Assembly: GCA_964535935.1 (NCBI GenBank) | Contig: CAZHWM010000020.1 | Span: 1,210 to 65,209, forward strand | Reading direction: 5' to 3' | Source of the DNA: an uncultured Planctomycetales bacterium | GTDB lineage: Bacteria; Omnitrophota; Gorgyraeia; Zapsychrales; Zapsychraceae | Length of the DNA stretch: 64,000 bases | Part shown: piece by piece, positions 26,249 to 35,876 of the stretch | Numbering within the stretch: position 1 is the stretch's first letter | Layout of the letters: each line of letters starts with the position of its first letter | Position numbers and translations under genes: made by a program | Notes under the pieces: generated by a model | Database searches by the model: none | What the model was told of the DNA's origin: nothing | Seen by the model: only the letters and a program-made list of their open reading frames with translations

Positions 26249-27217
26249 TTATATTATCTCAAACGCATCTATTGCGGCCTTGTATCCTATATCAATAGCC
26301 TCATAACCACGATGAAATTCTAAAGAAGATATTTTTCGTGTATCAGGACTTATTGCCAAATCTGCCTGCTGTATATTTGATTTTGCAATTTCATACTCCA
26401 TAATATAAATTGCATTAATTATGGTATCAAATACATTTGGCATATCCAAATCAATCACAATATCTGATTTTATAAATCTGTTTTTAAATATGCCAATAAC
26501 TCTATTAAAATCCCTCAGCTTATTCTTATTTTCATGCAAAAGCCATTCTATCTTATCATTTAACGCCTTAGAAGAGGCATGATACTTCCATCTTGAAGTA
26601 GGCTTATGGAGCATATGTTTAGGAAGTGGACGTCTTTCACGTAAACTATGTATAACATTACATGCGATAACAAAGTCTGCTCCCATATCCCTCACTACTG
26701 AAACAGGCACAGGAATAACTATCCCCCCATCTACTAAAAAACGATCTCCCATTTTTACTGGAGTAAATATAGCAGGTATAGAGATACTTGCCCTTACCGC
26801 CTCTATAACAGAACCCTCTCGTATTACAACTTCATCTCCTGTGTTAATATCCGTAGCGACAACAGCCAATGGTATCTTTAAGTCTTTAAATTTAACATCT
26901 CCTATAATAGTTTTCAACAATTCTTTTACTTTATGCCCATGGATAAATCCCTTAAACATAAACGCCAAGTTAGGATCCGCTAATTTAATAAGTTGCATCC
27001 AGTCAGTTCTAAGGGCTAACTCCTCCAATTCTGATATATCACCTTTCCTAGCAAAACAAGCACCTACCAATGCCCCCATACTTGAACCACTGATTAAATT
27101 TATACGTATGCCCTTATCCTGTAATGCCTTCAATACTCCTATATGGGCCAACCCTCTAGCAGATCCACTACCCAAGGCAAGTCCAACATTATTTGCTTCC
27201 GACAAAATTGCAGTCAT
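26249..27217 (-). CDS. patatin-like phospholipase
   Basis: GSGSARG oxyanion motif, GSSMG nucleophile elbow (GxSxG) and a VDGG catalytic Asp motif. Confidence 0.85.
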   Translation of the reverse strand: MTAILSEANNVGLALGSGSARGLAHIGVLKALQDKGIRINLISGSSMGALVGACFARKGDISELEELALRTDWMQLIKLADPNLAFMFKGFIHGHKVKELLKTIIGDVKFKDLKIPLAVVATDINTGDEVVIREGSVIEAVRASISIPAIFTPVKMGDRFLVDGGIVIPVPVSVVRDMGADFVIACNVIHSLRERRPLPKHMLHKPTSRWKYHASSKALNDKIEWLLHENKNKLRDFNRVIGIFKNRFIKSDIVIDLDMPNVFDTIINAIYIMEYEIAKSNIQQADLAISPDTRKISSLEFHRGYEAIDIGYKAAIDAFEII

Positions 27218-27435
27218 CTTTTATCCTTTAACAAAAATCATTTCTATAAATAATATACCTAAACTTGACTAAGACTCAATATAAATTAAATATAAAATAT
27301 CCTAAGAAATATATTTAATGAAGCTTTAAACTTAGTGATAATTTTTATAATAAAGATAAAATATTATAAAGAGATATCGTATCAACCCATATAAATACAT
27401 GTCAACAAATTTTTAAACTAAACCAAGAAACAATC

Positions 27436-28860
27436 TCAATAAATAGAACTGGTATCGGCAAGAGAGATAAGGCGTGTCTTACGAAGTCGAGCAGCAAGCT
27501 CATGTGCAATTCTACTTATATCTCCTGCACCCATAGCAAGCACTATATCCCCCTCTCTTGTAATCTCAGAAAGGACATCCACAATAGTCTCTTTTGGGAT
27601 ATAACAAGAGTTTCTACCAGTAAGCATCCGTATCTTTTCATTTAAAGCCTTTGCGGTTACGCCATCTATACATGGTTCGCTTGCTGCATATACATCCGTG
27701 ACAATGGGATAATCACTTGCACCTAAACTTTTAGCAAATTCCTCCATAAGAAAATTAAGCCGAGAATATCTATGTGGCTCAAAAACTGTAATAAGACGAC
27801 CCTTTTTAACACGTCTGGCCGTCTGTATGGTCATATCTATTTCTGTAGGATGATGTGCATAATCATCTATCACCATTATCCCTGCGCAATCTAATAAAAT
27901 CTGGAAACGCCGCCCTACTCCTTGATACATAGCCAATGCCTTTGCTATAGCATTAAAATCCACAGACAATTGACTACAAAGACCAACTGCCGCCATTGCA
28001 TTAACCACATTATGCATACCCGGGATATTCAGTTTAATATGCCCCAAACGTTCTCGTCTAAAAAAGCAATCAAATTCAGAAGAAAAATCATTAAACACAA
28101 TATCTTTTGCATAAAAATCTGCTTTATCATCCAGCCCATATGTCTTATAATTCCGCCCGCTTTGCTCCAAAAGAGAGATTAGCCTCTCATCAGAAGCACA
28201 TGCAAAAATAATCCCAATTTCCTTGGTCATAGATATAAACTTACGATATGAAGAAAGAATATTTTGCCAACTTTTATAATAATCTATATGTTCAAAATCA
28301 ATATTTGTAATAACAGAAAACATAGGAGAAAAATATAAAAACGACCCGTCACTCTCATCTAACTCAGCGACAAAATACCTACCAGTTCCCTGAAATGCAT
28401 TAGAGGGAACACCATTTACAACTCCCCCAATAGCAGAACTCGGACTAAATCCAGCATAAGACAATATACGTTCTATCATAGCTGCTGTGGTAGTCTTGCC
28501 ATGTGCGCCTGCAACAGTTATACCCTCATAACCTTTCATTAACTCTGCTAACATCTGTGCACGCTTCAAAACAGGTATATTTTCTCTCCTTGCGGCTGCA
28601 AGCTCAGGATTAGCCTCTGTAACCGCCGCAGAAAAAATTACAACATCGGCACCAAATATATTACTTGCATGATGACCTTTAAATATATGAGCGCCTTTCT
28701 GTTTCAATCTTGCAGTAACCTTATTTTCAACCACATCAGAACCACTTACTCTACCCCCCCTAGCAATCAACAATTCTGCAATCGCCCCCATTCCTATACC
28801 ACCTATACCTATCAAATGATAGTGTTTACCTTTTTTAATAATGTTATCTCGCGTATCCAT
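27436..28860 (-). CDS. murC: UDP-N-acetylmuramate--L-alanine ligase
   Basis: HLIGIGGIGMGAIAELL N-terminal Rossmann motif, GAHGKTTT P-loop, Mur ligase middle and C-terminal domains, in dcw context. Confidence 0.95.
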   Translation of the reverse strand: MDTRDNIIKKGKHYHLIGIGGIGMGAIAELLIARGGRVSGSDVVENKVTARLKQKGAHIFKGHHASNIFGADVVIFSAAVTEANPELAAARRENIPVLKRAQMLAELMKGYEGITVAGAHGKTTTAAMIERILSYAGFSPSSAIGGVVNGVPSNAFQGTGRYFVAELDESDGSFLYFSPMFSVITNIDFEHIDYYKSWQNILSSYRKFISMTKEIGIIFACASDERLISLLEQSGRNYKTYGLDDKADFYAKDIVFNDFSSEFDCFFRRERLGHIKLNIPGMHNVVNAMAAVGLCSQLSVDFNAIAKALAMYQGVGRRFQILLDCAGIMVIDDYAHHPTEIDMTIQTARRVKKGRLITVFEPHRYSRLNFLMEEFAKSLGASDYPIVTDVYAASEPCIDGVTAKALNEKIRMLTGRNSCYIPKETIVDVLSEITREGDIVLAMGAGDISRIAHELAARLRKTRLISLADTSSIY

Positions 28861-28890
28861 ATCAAAATCAAAAAATAATTATAATTTTAA

Positions 28891-29673
28891 TTAATATTCA
28901 TTACTTTTAACATAATTAATCCATGCCTCATTCAATCTCCGAAGGCTATTATATTTACCATACACCTCTTTTAAAGCCTGTTCAAAAGGAATTCCATTTT
29001 TTAATTTTTGACACAACCTTACAAAACGATATCTTCCAAATTTCTTAATCATAAAATTAATAAAACTAGCAGATTCAGAATAAAATATCTGCAACATTTC
29101 TTTCGATGTATCCTTTCCTAATCTAACATAATTCAGTTTATCTATAGGGATAAAACTCCCGCCTTTCATTGCCTCCCTAACTATTCTATTAGCTCCCCAT
29201 CGTCTTGCCTTTTCCTGATGCATTGCAACCCCTTCCTCAAACCAAACAGGCACTTTAGCATGAAATCCTATAAATTCTCGAAATATAATATGCCCAAGTT
29301 CATGAGGTAAGGTAGAATCAAAAAAACCATAGGCCAAGGGAAATGTTCGAATAGTCTTGGTCCTTGCAGAAACCACCCCATTAGACCAATCTGCATATTT
29401 ACCTGACCGCATATAATCCTGATGGTCATCATATATATAAATTTTAGCACGCTTATCAAAACTCCATGTATCATACCTAACAAATCCTAAATTGCGAGTT
29501 ATATTATCATAATAATCTTCAGCGGATTCTTCGACAGCTGTAACAAAATCGCGCGGAGCAGACTTATAAAAAATTATAAAATGCCTACTTCTATCTTTCT
29601 TCCATGTTTCTGCATAGGCAAATACACATACAAAAAAAATAAAAAAGGTTGCTGTAATATATCTTATCCTCAT
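28891..29673 (-). CDS. secreted gluzincin-type metallopeptidase (peptidase-MA-like)
   Basis: Signal-peptide-like N-terminus (...CVFAYAE), HELGH zinc motif followed by WFEEG. It lies 1 nt after the murG stop codon and 30 nt before the murC start. Confidence 0.6.
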   Translation of the reverse strand: MRIRYITATFFIFFVCVFAYAETWKKDRSRHFIIFYKSAPRDFVTAVEESAEDYYDNITRNLGFVRYDTWSFDKRAKIYIYDDHQDYMRSGKYADWSNGVVSARTKTIRTFPLAYGFFDSTLPHELGHIIFREFIGFHAKVPVWFEEGVAMHQEKARRWGANRIVREAMKGGSFIPIDKLNYVRLGKDTSKEMLQIFYSESASFINFMIKKFGRYRFVRLCQKLKNGIPFEQALKEVYGKYNSLRRLNEAWINYVKSNEY

Positions 29674-29674
29674 C

Positions 29675-30745
29675 TCAGCTATCCCCTACAAAAGATAAAG
29701 CCTCATCAGCTATACGCCTAGCCGCATCGGGTATACACAGCTCTCTAAAACGACGTTCCATTTCCATAGCATTACCCCTATAAATAAGCAACTTAAGTAT
29801 TGTATCCTTTAATAATTCAGGAGATAATCTTTCTTCAAAGATCACCTCAGTAGATCCCAGCTCTCTTAAAACAGCAGCATTTTTATCCTGATGAGCCTTA
29901 ACCGCATAAGGATATGGAATTAACACTGCAGGGAGCCTTGCTCCTGCTATCTCAAATATAGTTGCCGCACCAGCACGAGAGACCACAATGTCAGCTACAA
30001 GATATGCGTAGCAGATCTCATCCAAAAAAGAAAACAATCTAACTGGTATCTCCAATCTAGTATATGCCCCTTTTAAATATTCATAATCATTTTTGCCCGA
30101 GATATGAATAACCTGAATATCTACCTGCTTCTTCAACAATGCAGCGGACAAAACAAAATCTTTATTAATACGACTACTCCCCTGACTCCCCCCTATCACC
30201 AATAAGGTTACCTTTTTTTCTAAACTCAGGCCTAAAACCTTAAATGCCTCTTGACGGCTAAGATTCTCTGGAATTATATGATAAGGACACCCTGTTAACA
30301 CCCTCTTTCTCTCTGGAAAATATTCCAAAGAATCTTTAAAACTAACGGCAATCCTTTTAACAAATTTTGCCATTAAAGCATTAGCCCTACCGACAATAAC
30401 ATTCTGTTCATGTATCAAACATGGACAACCAGATAAAAACGCAGCCGTAACTATTGGAAACGTTCCATAGCCTCCAAAACCTATTACAACATGTGGAACA
30501 AACCTCTTTAAAATATTTTTAGACATACTAACAGCTTTGCCCATAGACATCACTGAAAAAATCCCTGTAACCGGCCTTGAAGGTATCTCCTCAAACCTGA
30601 AACCAGCAGTCCTAATCCATCTAGCCCCAAATCCAAAGGTTCCAGCAAAAAGGACCTCATGCCCCATCCTGCGCAACTCTTCAGCCACCATAAGTGAAGG
30701 AAACAAATGCCCTCCACTTGGAGTTGATGAGATTATAACCCGCAT
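29675..30745 (-). CDS. murG: undecaprenyldiphospho-muramoylpentapeptide beta-N-acetylglucosaminyltransferase
   Basis: 356 aa with TPSGGHLFPSL (GGH motif), a GGSQG motif, in dcw context. Confidence 0.95.
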   Translation of the reverse strand: MRVIISSTPSGGHLFPSLMVAEELRRMGHEVLFAGTFGFGARWIRTAGFRFEEIPSRPVTGIFSVMSMGKAVSMSKNILKRFVPHVVIGFGGYGTFPIVTAAFLSGCPCLIHEQNVIVGRANALMAKFVKRIAVSFKDSLEYFPERKRVLTGCPYHIIPENLSRQEAFKVLGLSLEKKVTLLVIGGSQGSSRINKDFVLSAALLKKQVDIQVIHISGKNDYEYLKGAYTRLEIPVRLFSFLDEICYAYLVADIVVSRAGAATIFEIAGARLPAVLIPYPYAVKAHQDKNAAVLRELGSTEVIFEERLSPELLKDTILKLLIYRGNAMEMERRFRELCIPDAARRIADEALSFVGDS

Positions 30746-30853
30746 ACCATACTCACTCCTTTTACAGGTATTAAATTCAATATCCCTTTCTAATATAGTA
30801 TAATTTAAATACCACCATATAAATCTAAGTTAACAAAATTCATAAAACCCTTA

Positions 30854-31948
30854 TTATCTATATAATTCCTCTGTACGGGATATATTCAACAACAATCCTA
30901 CAGAAATCATATTAAATATCAACGCAGAGCCTCCATAACTTATAAAAGGAAGGGGTAACCCTTTTGTGGGTAAGGCCCCTATACTGACCCCAATATTGAC
31001 AAGTGCCTGCATCCCCAACATTACAACAATCCCTACACTCAAAAAATATCCGAATGGATCCAATGTCCTTTTTGCTATCCTCGCCCCCTGCCATATGAAA
31101 GCTATAAATAAAAAAATAACTACAAGCGTCCCAACTAGACCCGTTTCCTCCCCAATAATCGACAATATAAAATCTGTATGAGCAGCTGGTAAATAAAAAA
31201 GTTTTTGCATACTTTTGCCCAAACCAACACCGAATATACCTCCAGAACCTAATGCTATCTGAGACTGAGATAATTGAAATCCGATACCATTACAATCTTT
31301 CCATGGATCAATAAAAGCAAGTATTCTCTGCATTCTATAAGGCACCTTTACAACTAAAAAATACAAAAACGGTGAAACTGCAACTCCTACTATAAATATA
31401 TGTTTCAACTTGGCACCTGCTATAAACAACATAACCAAACTAATACAAGCGACAAGTACCGCATTCCCCAAATCCGGCTGTTTGACAATTAATACACTAA
31501 TAATTCCCATAATTATTATAACCGGCAAAAACCCCTCAAAAAAATTCCCTACCCTATTTTGCTTTCTTGCAAGAAAATCAGATATATAAATCATAAGCGC
31601 CAATTTTGCAAACTCAGACGGCTGAAAACTAAAAAATCCTATCTTAAACCACCGTCGTGCACCAGAACTTGCCTTTCCTATATGCGGGATAAGCACTAAT
31701 ATCAACAAAAAAATAGTAAACAAAATCAACGGCTTTGCTATATACTGCAACCTGCGGTAATCCATAGCCATAACAGCAAAAGTCAAAATAAAACCTATGC
31801 CAAGAAACAACACATGTCTTTTTAAAAAATATGCCGGATCCCCTAACTCCTGCAAAGCATAAATACCACTGGAACTAAATATCCAAATCACTCCAATAGA
31901 AATCAAACTAGAGACAATTACTGCTATTGATATACGTATCCTTCGCAT
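30854..31948 (-). CDS. ftsW: SEDS-family peptidoglycan glycosyltransferase / cell-division protein FtsW
   Basis: Polytopic protein with SEFAK, PDLG and HTDFI motifs. The start is set at MRRIRISIAV (ATG 31948, AAGGGA RBS). The 20 extra N-terminal residues in the track are translated from the intergenic repeat. Confidence 0.9.
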   Translation of the reverse strand: MRRIRISIAVIVSSLISIGVIWIFSSSGIYALQELGDPAYFLKRHVLFLGIGFILTFAVMAMDYRRLQYIAKPLILFTIFLLILVLIPHIGKASSGARRWFKIGFFSFQPSEFAKLALMIYISDFLARKQNRVGNFFEGFLPVIIIMGIISVLIVKQPDLGNAVLVACISLVMLFIAGAKLKHIFIVGVAVSPFLYFLVVKVPYRMQRILAFIDPWKDCNGIGFQLSQSQIALGSGGIFGVGLGKSMQKLFYLPAAHTDFILSIIGEETGLVGTLVVIFLFIAFIWQGARIAKRTLDPFGYFLSVGIVVMLGMQALVNIGVSIGALPTKGLPLPFISYGGSALIFNMISVGLLLNISRTEELYR

Positions 31949-31961
31949 ATATATTCCCTTA

Positions 31962-32032
31962 CTGCAAAAATCAACAAGGTTGATTTTTGCAGAATACGAA
32001 TTCTGCACTATTTAACAAGGTTGATTTTTGCA
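31962..32032. repeat. two inverted copies (C1, C2) of the 33-bp structured repeat, forming strong hairpins
   Basis: CTGCAAAAATCAAC-AAG-GTTGATTTTTGCAG forms a perfect 14-bp stem. GCAGAAT-ACGA-ATTCTGC follows. Then comes the reverse-orientation unit ATTCTGCACTATTTAACAAGGTTGATTTTTGCA. Confidence 0.8.
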
Positions 32033-32048
32033 ATATGTAAAATTTCAT

Positions 32049-33398
32049 TCAATTACTATTTACAAGTTCCTTAAAAACCCTACCACGTTCTTCAAAGTTT
32101 GAAAACATATCGAAACTAGAACACATAGGACTTAACAGGACCACATCACCTTCTTTAGCAACAGACTTGGCTTTAAATACAGCATCCTCAAAACTATCAC
32201 AAGATATAATATCAACTATTTTATTAAAAACATATTGCAATCTATCTTTTGCCTCTCCAAAAACTATCATCTTCTTAACCTTTTCTGCCACCAAAGAGGC
32301 AATTGCCCTAAACTCAGCACCTTTGTCTCGTCCCCCACAAAGCATAATAACCGGTTTATTTAAACAAGATAATGCCCAACCGGCTGATTCTGCAGTAGTA
32401 GATTTCGAATCATTAACAAACTCAACTCCATTAATACAGCCAACTAATTCCATACGATGTTCTAACCCTTGAAATTTACTAAAAACCTCATAACAAATAT
32501 CCTTATTTATCCCTAAAATCTGCCCGACCACTCTAACAGCAGAATAATTAGGATTGTTTATTACAGAATTATCTACAGTAAAATTATTGCCAGAAGAAAA
32601 AACCTTCGAAGCTATATTCGGAACATTAAAATATGTCACAGTAGCACCTATCTGAGAAGCAAGCTCTTTTATACTTCCATCTGCAAAATTTAGTACAGCA
32701 TAATCTTGTTTTTGTTGATTAAAAAAAATATTCTTTTTAGCCTCAAAATATTCTTTCATATCCTTATGTCTATCAAGATGATTTTTATAAAAATTTAAAA
32801 ATATTGATATGTACGGTCTGAACCCTCTTATAGAAAACCTATCCTGCTGTTGTTTATCTGTGACTATAGACTCCAATTGAAAAGAACTTACCTCTACAAC
32901 AAAAAAATCCCTGTCATTTTCAGTTGCATATAAAGAAAATGGTTCTCCTATATTTCCACATAAATACGAAGTATATCCGCTATTTTTAAGAAGACTATGA
33001 ATGAGCGTAGAAACCGTTGTCTTTCCACTTGTACCTGTAACCGCTATAATTGGTTTATTACAAAACTGATAGGCAAATTCTATTTCTCCTAATACAATTA
33101 TATCTCTGGAACGCGCCCATTTTACTACATCAGAAAAAATACTAACAGACGGACTCAAAATAATTATATCGCTATCCTCAATAAACTCGCGTGTGTGCCC
33201 TCCGAACTCAAAAGCAAAACAATTATTCTTAATCCATTTCATATCATCTTCTGGTATTCTACTGCTTACAGCTGCTTCTGAAACCTTCAACACGGCAGCT
33301 CTGTCTTTAGCTAACTTTAAAACTGCCATACCACTTTTTCTTGCACCAATAACCGTGACCTTTTTATTGAATAAATCCATCTCAACTGTCTTTATCAT
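32049..33398 (-). CDS. murD: UDP-N-acetylmuramoylalanine--D-glutamate ligase
   Basis: GTSGKTT P-loop and Mur ligase domains. Its start forms an ATGA overlap with the mraY stop codon. Confidence 0.95.
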   Translation of the reverse strand: MIKTVEMDLFNKKVTVIGARKSGMAVLKLAKDRAAVLKVSEAAVSSRIPEDDMKWIKNNCFAFEFGGHTREFIEDSDIIILSPSVSIFSDVVKWARSRDIIVLGEIEFAYQFCNKPIIAVTGTSGKTTVSTLIHSLLKNSGYTSYLCGNIGEPFSLYATENDRDFFVVEVSSFQLESIVTDKQQQDRFSIRGFRPYISIFLNFYKNHLDRHKDMKEYFEAKKNIFFNQQKQDYAVLNFADGSIKELASQIGATVTYFNVPNIASKVFSSGNNFTVDNSVINNPNYSAVRVVGQILGINKDICYEVFSKFQGLEHRMELVGCINGVEFVNDSKSTTAESAGWALSCLNKPVIMLCGGRDKGAEFRAIASLVAEKVKKMIVFGEAKDRLQYVFNKIVDIISCDSFEDAVFKAKSVAKEGDVVLLSPMCSSFDMFSNFEERGRVFKELVNSN

Positions 33399-34483
33399 CT
33401 TATCTTTAAAGTAGTCAATGTAATAAGGGCAAAAATGATTGCCAGTATCCAGAAACGTATTATTATCTTGGATTCCTTCCAGCCTGACAACTGCAAGTGA
33501 TGATGTAACGGGGACATTTTAAATAGCCGTTTGCCACGCAGTTTAACTGACAATACCTGTAATATTACAGAAAATGCCTCTATAACAAAAACACCTCCTA
33601 ACAAAACTAATAGTATTTCTTGCTTTATTAAAACAGCTATCGTCCCTATACTCCCACCTAAAGCCAGTGCTCCTGTATCTCCCATAAATATATCCGCTGG
33701 ATAACAGTTAAACCATAAAAAACCAAGACTTGCCCCTACTATTGCCGCACAAAATATAGATAACTCTCCAGCATCTGAAACAAATGGTAAAAAAAGGTAT
33801 TTACTAAAAGAAATATGGCCAGTAACATAACTCAAAATAGCCAATGCCATACTTACTATAAGCACACAACCTATAGCCAACCCATCTAGACCATCAGTCA
33901 AATTAACTGCATTAGATGTCCCTATAATAACAAGGGCAACAAAAGGAATATAAAATAGCCCCATATCAATTACTAATTTTTTAAAAAAAGGAAAGGTTAA
34001 AGTGGAAGGAGTATCAGGATTGAAATACACATATGATCCTACAAAACAGCCTATTAAAATCTGCCATATCAACTTTGTACGTTTGCTTAACCCACGGCGA
34101 CCTCCTATACATTTTAACTTTACATAATCATCTACGAAGCCTAAAACTGCCAGCCATAAACAAGTAAAAAGAGTCAGTAATATATATTTATTTGATAATC
34201 TCGCCCATAATAGCACAGAGATAACAATACTTCCTATAATAAATATCCCGCCCATGGTAGGTGTCCCTTCCTTGCTATTATGGAATTTATCCAAATCAGG
34301 ACAGTCTTTTCTTCTGGCAACTTCTCCTATCTTCATCTGCCTCAATTTCCTGATAAAAAACGGACCTAATAAAACACATAAAGCAAATGTGGTTACCGCT
34401 GCCATCCCTGCTCGAAAGGTGATATACTTAAATATATTAAATCCAAAAAATATATCCCGGAAATCCGAAAGATTATAAAGCAT
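33395..34483 (-). CDS. mraY: phospho-N-acetylmuramoyl-pentapeptide transferase
   Basis: 362-aa polytopic protein with the motifs KEGTPTMGG, NAVNLTDGLDGLA and PLHHH. Confidence 0.95.
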   Translation of the reverse strand: MLYNLSDFRDIFFGFNIFKYITFRAGMAAVTTFALCVLLGPFFIRKLRQMKIGEVARRKDCPDLDKFHNSKEGTPTMGGIFIIGSIVISVLLWARLSNKYILLTLFTCLWLAVLGFVDDYVKLKCIGGRRGLSKRTKLIWQILIGCFVGSYVYFNPDTPSTLTFPFFKKLVIDMGLFYIPFVALVIIGTSNAVNLTDGLDGLAIGCVLIVSMALAILSYVTGHISFSKYLFLPFVSDAGELSIFCAAIVGASLGFLWFNCYPADIFMGDTGALALGGSIGTIAVLIKQEILLVLLGGVFVIEAFSVILQVLSVKLRGKRLFKMSPLHHHLQLSGWKESKIIIRFWILAIIFALITLTTLKIR

Positions 34484-35876
34484 AGTCTACCTCTTTTTCG
34501 TCTTTAAATATCCGTATTCTCTCTATATCCTCAATCACTCTTTCCATATGCATACCACGCGAACCTTTCACAAGCAAAACATCACCTTCTTTACAATATG
34601 CATTAAGCTCATAAATAAATTCCTGAAGATTATCCGTATAAAATGTATTAATAGTCGTATTCTCTCTGATGATAGTATCAATAATATATTTAGAATGCTC
34701 GCCTATAGCAAAAACTGCATCAATAGAAGAGATTGCGACCTGCCTCCCTGCCTGTATATGAAAGTATTTGGATTGTTCTCCTAACTCAAGCATATCAGCA
34801 CAAGCAAGTATCTTACGACCAGTGACATCCAATTCATCAAGGGTCTTAACTGCTACTAAAAAGGAAACAGGATTTGAATTATATGTATCATCGATAACCG
34901 TAACTCCACCTATTTCTTTAACAAACTGTCTGCCCGATAATGGTCTAAACTTACTGATAGCATCTGCCACTAAATTCTGATCTATCCCAAATATCTTCCC
35001 ACAACATATAGCAGCTAAACTGTTGTACACATTATGTATGCCTATCTTAGGGATAAAAAATTCTCTTCCCCCCACTCTAAAAACAATACCGGAAGCCATA
35101 TCTGTTCTAATATCATCTGCTTTAATAACAGCAGAGGCATTGCATGCATAACTCAACTTACATTGAGATATCCTTATATCTCCTATTTTTCTCAAATAAA
35201 AATCGTCATTATTAAAAATCACATATCCATATGGATTCATGTTAGATATAAGAGAAAATTTCTCTCTAAAAACACCCTCCGGGGTGGACAAACCTTCAAG
35301 ATGAGACGCCCCTATATTAGTAAACACTACAATATCTGGAATGGCCACACTACTAAGCCAATCTATCTCTCCCACAGAACTTGTAGCTAATTCCAACACC
35401 GCTACATCATAAGATGCATTAAGCCTCAATAAAGTAAGCGCCACCCCATATTGATTATTCTCTGTATTTATATTTTTTAATACCTTAACTGCCCTAGACA
35501 AAACAGAAGATATCATCTCTTTGGTGGTAGTCTTTCCAGCACTGCCTGTAACAGCTATTACTGGAATATCAAAACGCATCCTATGAAAACGAGCAATCTG
35601 TCCTAAGGCCTTTGTTGTGTCTTTAACACGTATAACTGTAACATCTTTAGGAATAATAGGGACATCTCTTGATATGATAAGAGCTGAAGCCCCGTTTTTT
35701 ACCGCATCAATTACAAAATCATGGCCATCAAAACGTTTACCTTCAATAGCGATAAATAATCCGTTCTTTTGTAGTTTACGTGAATCAATATAAACATTAT
35801 CAACAAAAGATGATGGAGTTAATCTATCTACCCTCCCTGATACAGCCTCAATTATCTCAACCAAATTAAACCTCAT
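34473..35876 (-). CDS. murF: UDP-N-acetylmuramoyl-tripeptide--D-alanyl-D-alanine ligase
   Basis: GSAGKTTTKE P-loop and Mur ligase domains. The start is uncertain. ATG 35876 (MRFNLVEI) follows a GAGGAAGG RBS; the track's ATG 35897 is the alternative. Confidence 0.9.
   Translation of the reverse strand: MRFNLVEIIEAVSGRVDRLTPSSFVDNVYIDSRKLQKNGLFIAIEGKRFDGHDFVIDAVKNGASALIISRDVPIIPKDVTVIRVKDTTKALGQIARFHRMRFDIPVIAVTGSAGKTTTKEMISSVLSRAVKVLKNINTENNQYGVALTLLRLNASYDVAVLELATSSVGEIDWLSSVAIPDIVVFTNIGASHLEGLSTPEGVFREKFSLISNMNPYGYVIFNNDDFYLRKIGDIRISQCKLSYACNASAVIKADDIRTDMASGIVFRVGGREFFIPKIGIHNVYNSLAAICCGKIFGIDQNLVADAISKFRPLSGRQFVKEIGGVTVIDDTYNSNPVSFLVAVKTLDELDVTGRKILACADMLELGEQSKYFHIQAGRQVAISSIDAVFAIGEHSKYIIDTIIRENTTINTFYTDNLQEFIYELNAYCKEGDVLLVKGSRGMHMERVIEDIERIRIFKDEKEVDYAL

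Noticed and set aside
26841-27272. 143-aa plus-strand ORF
   Set aside because: It is antisense to the patatin-like gene and runs slightly past that gene's start. No RBS or family features are present.
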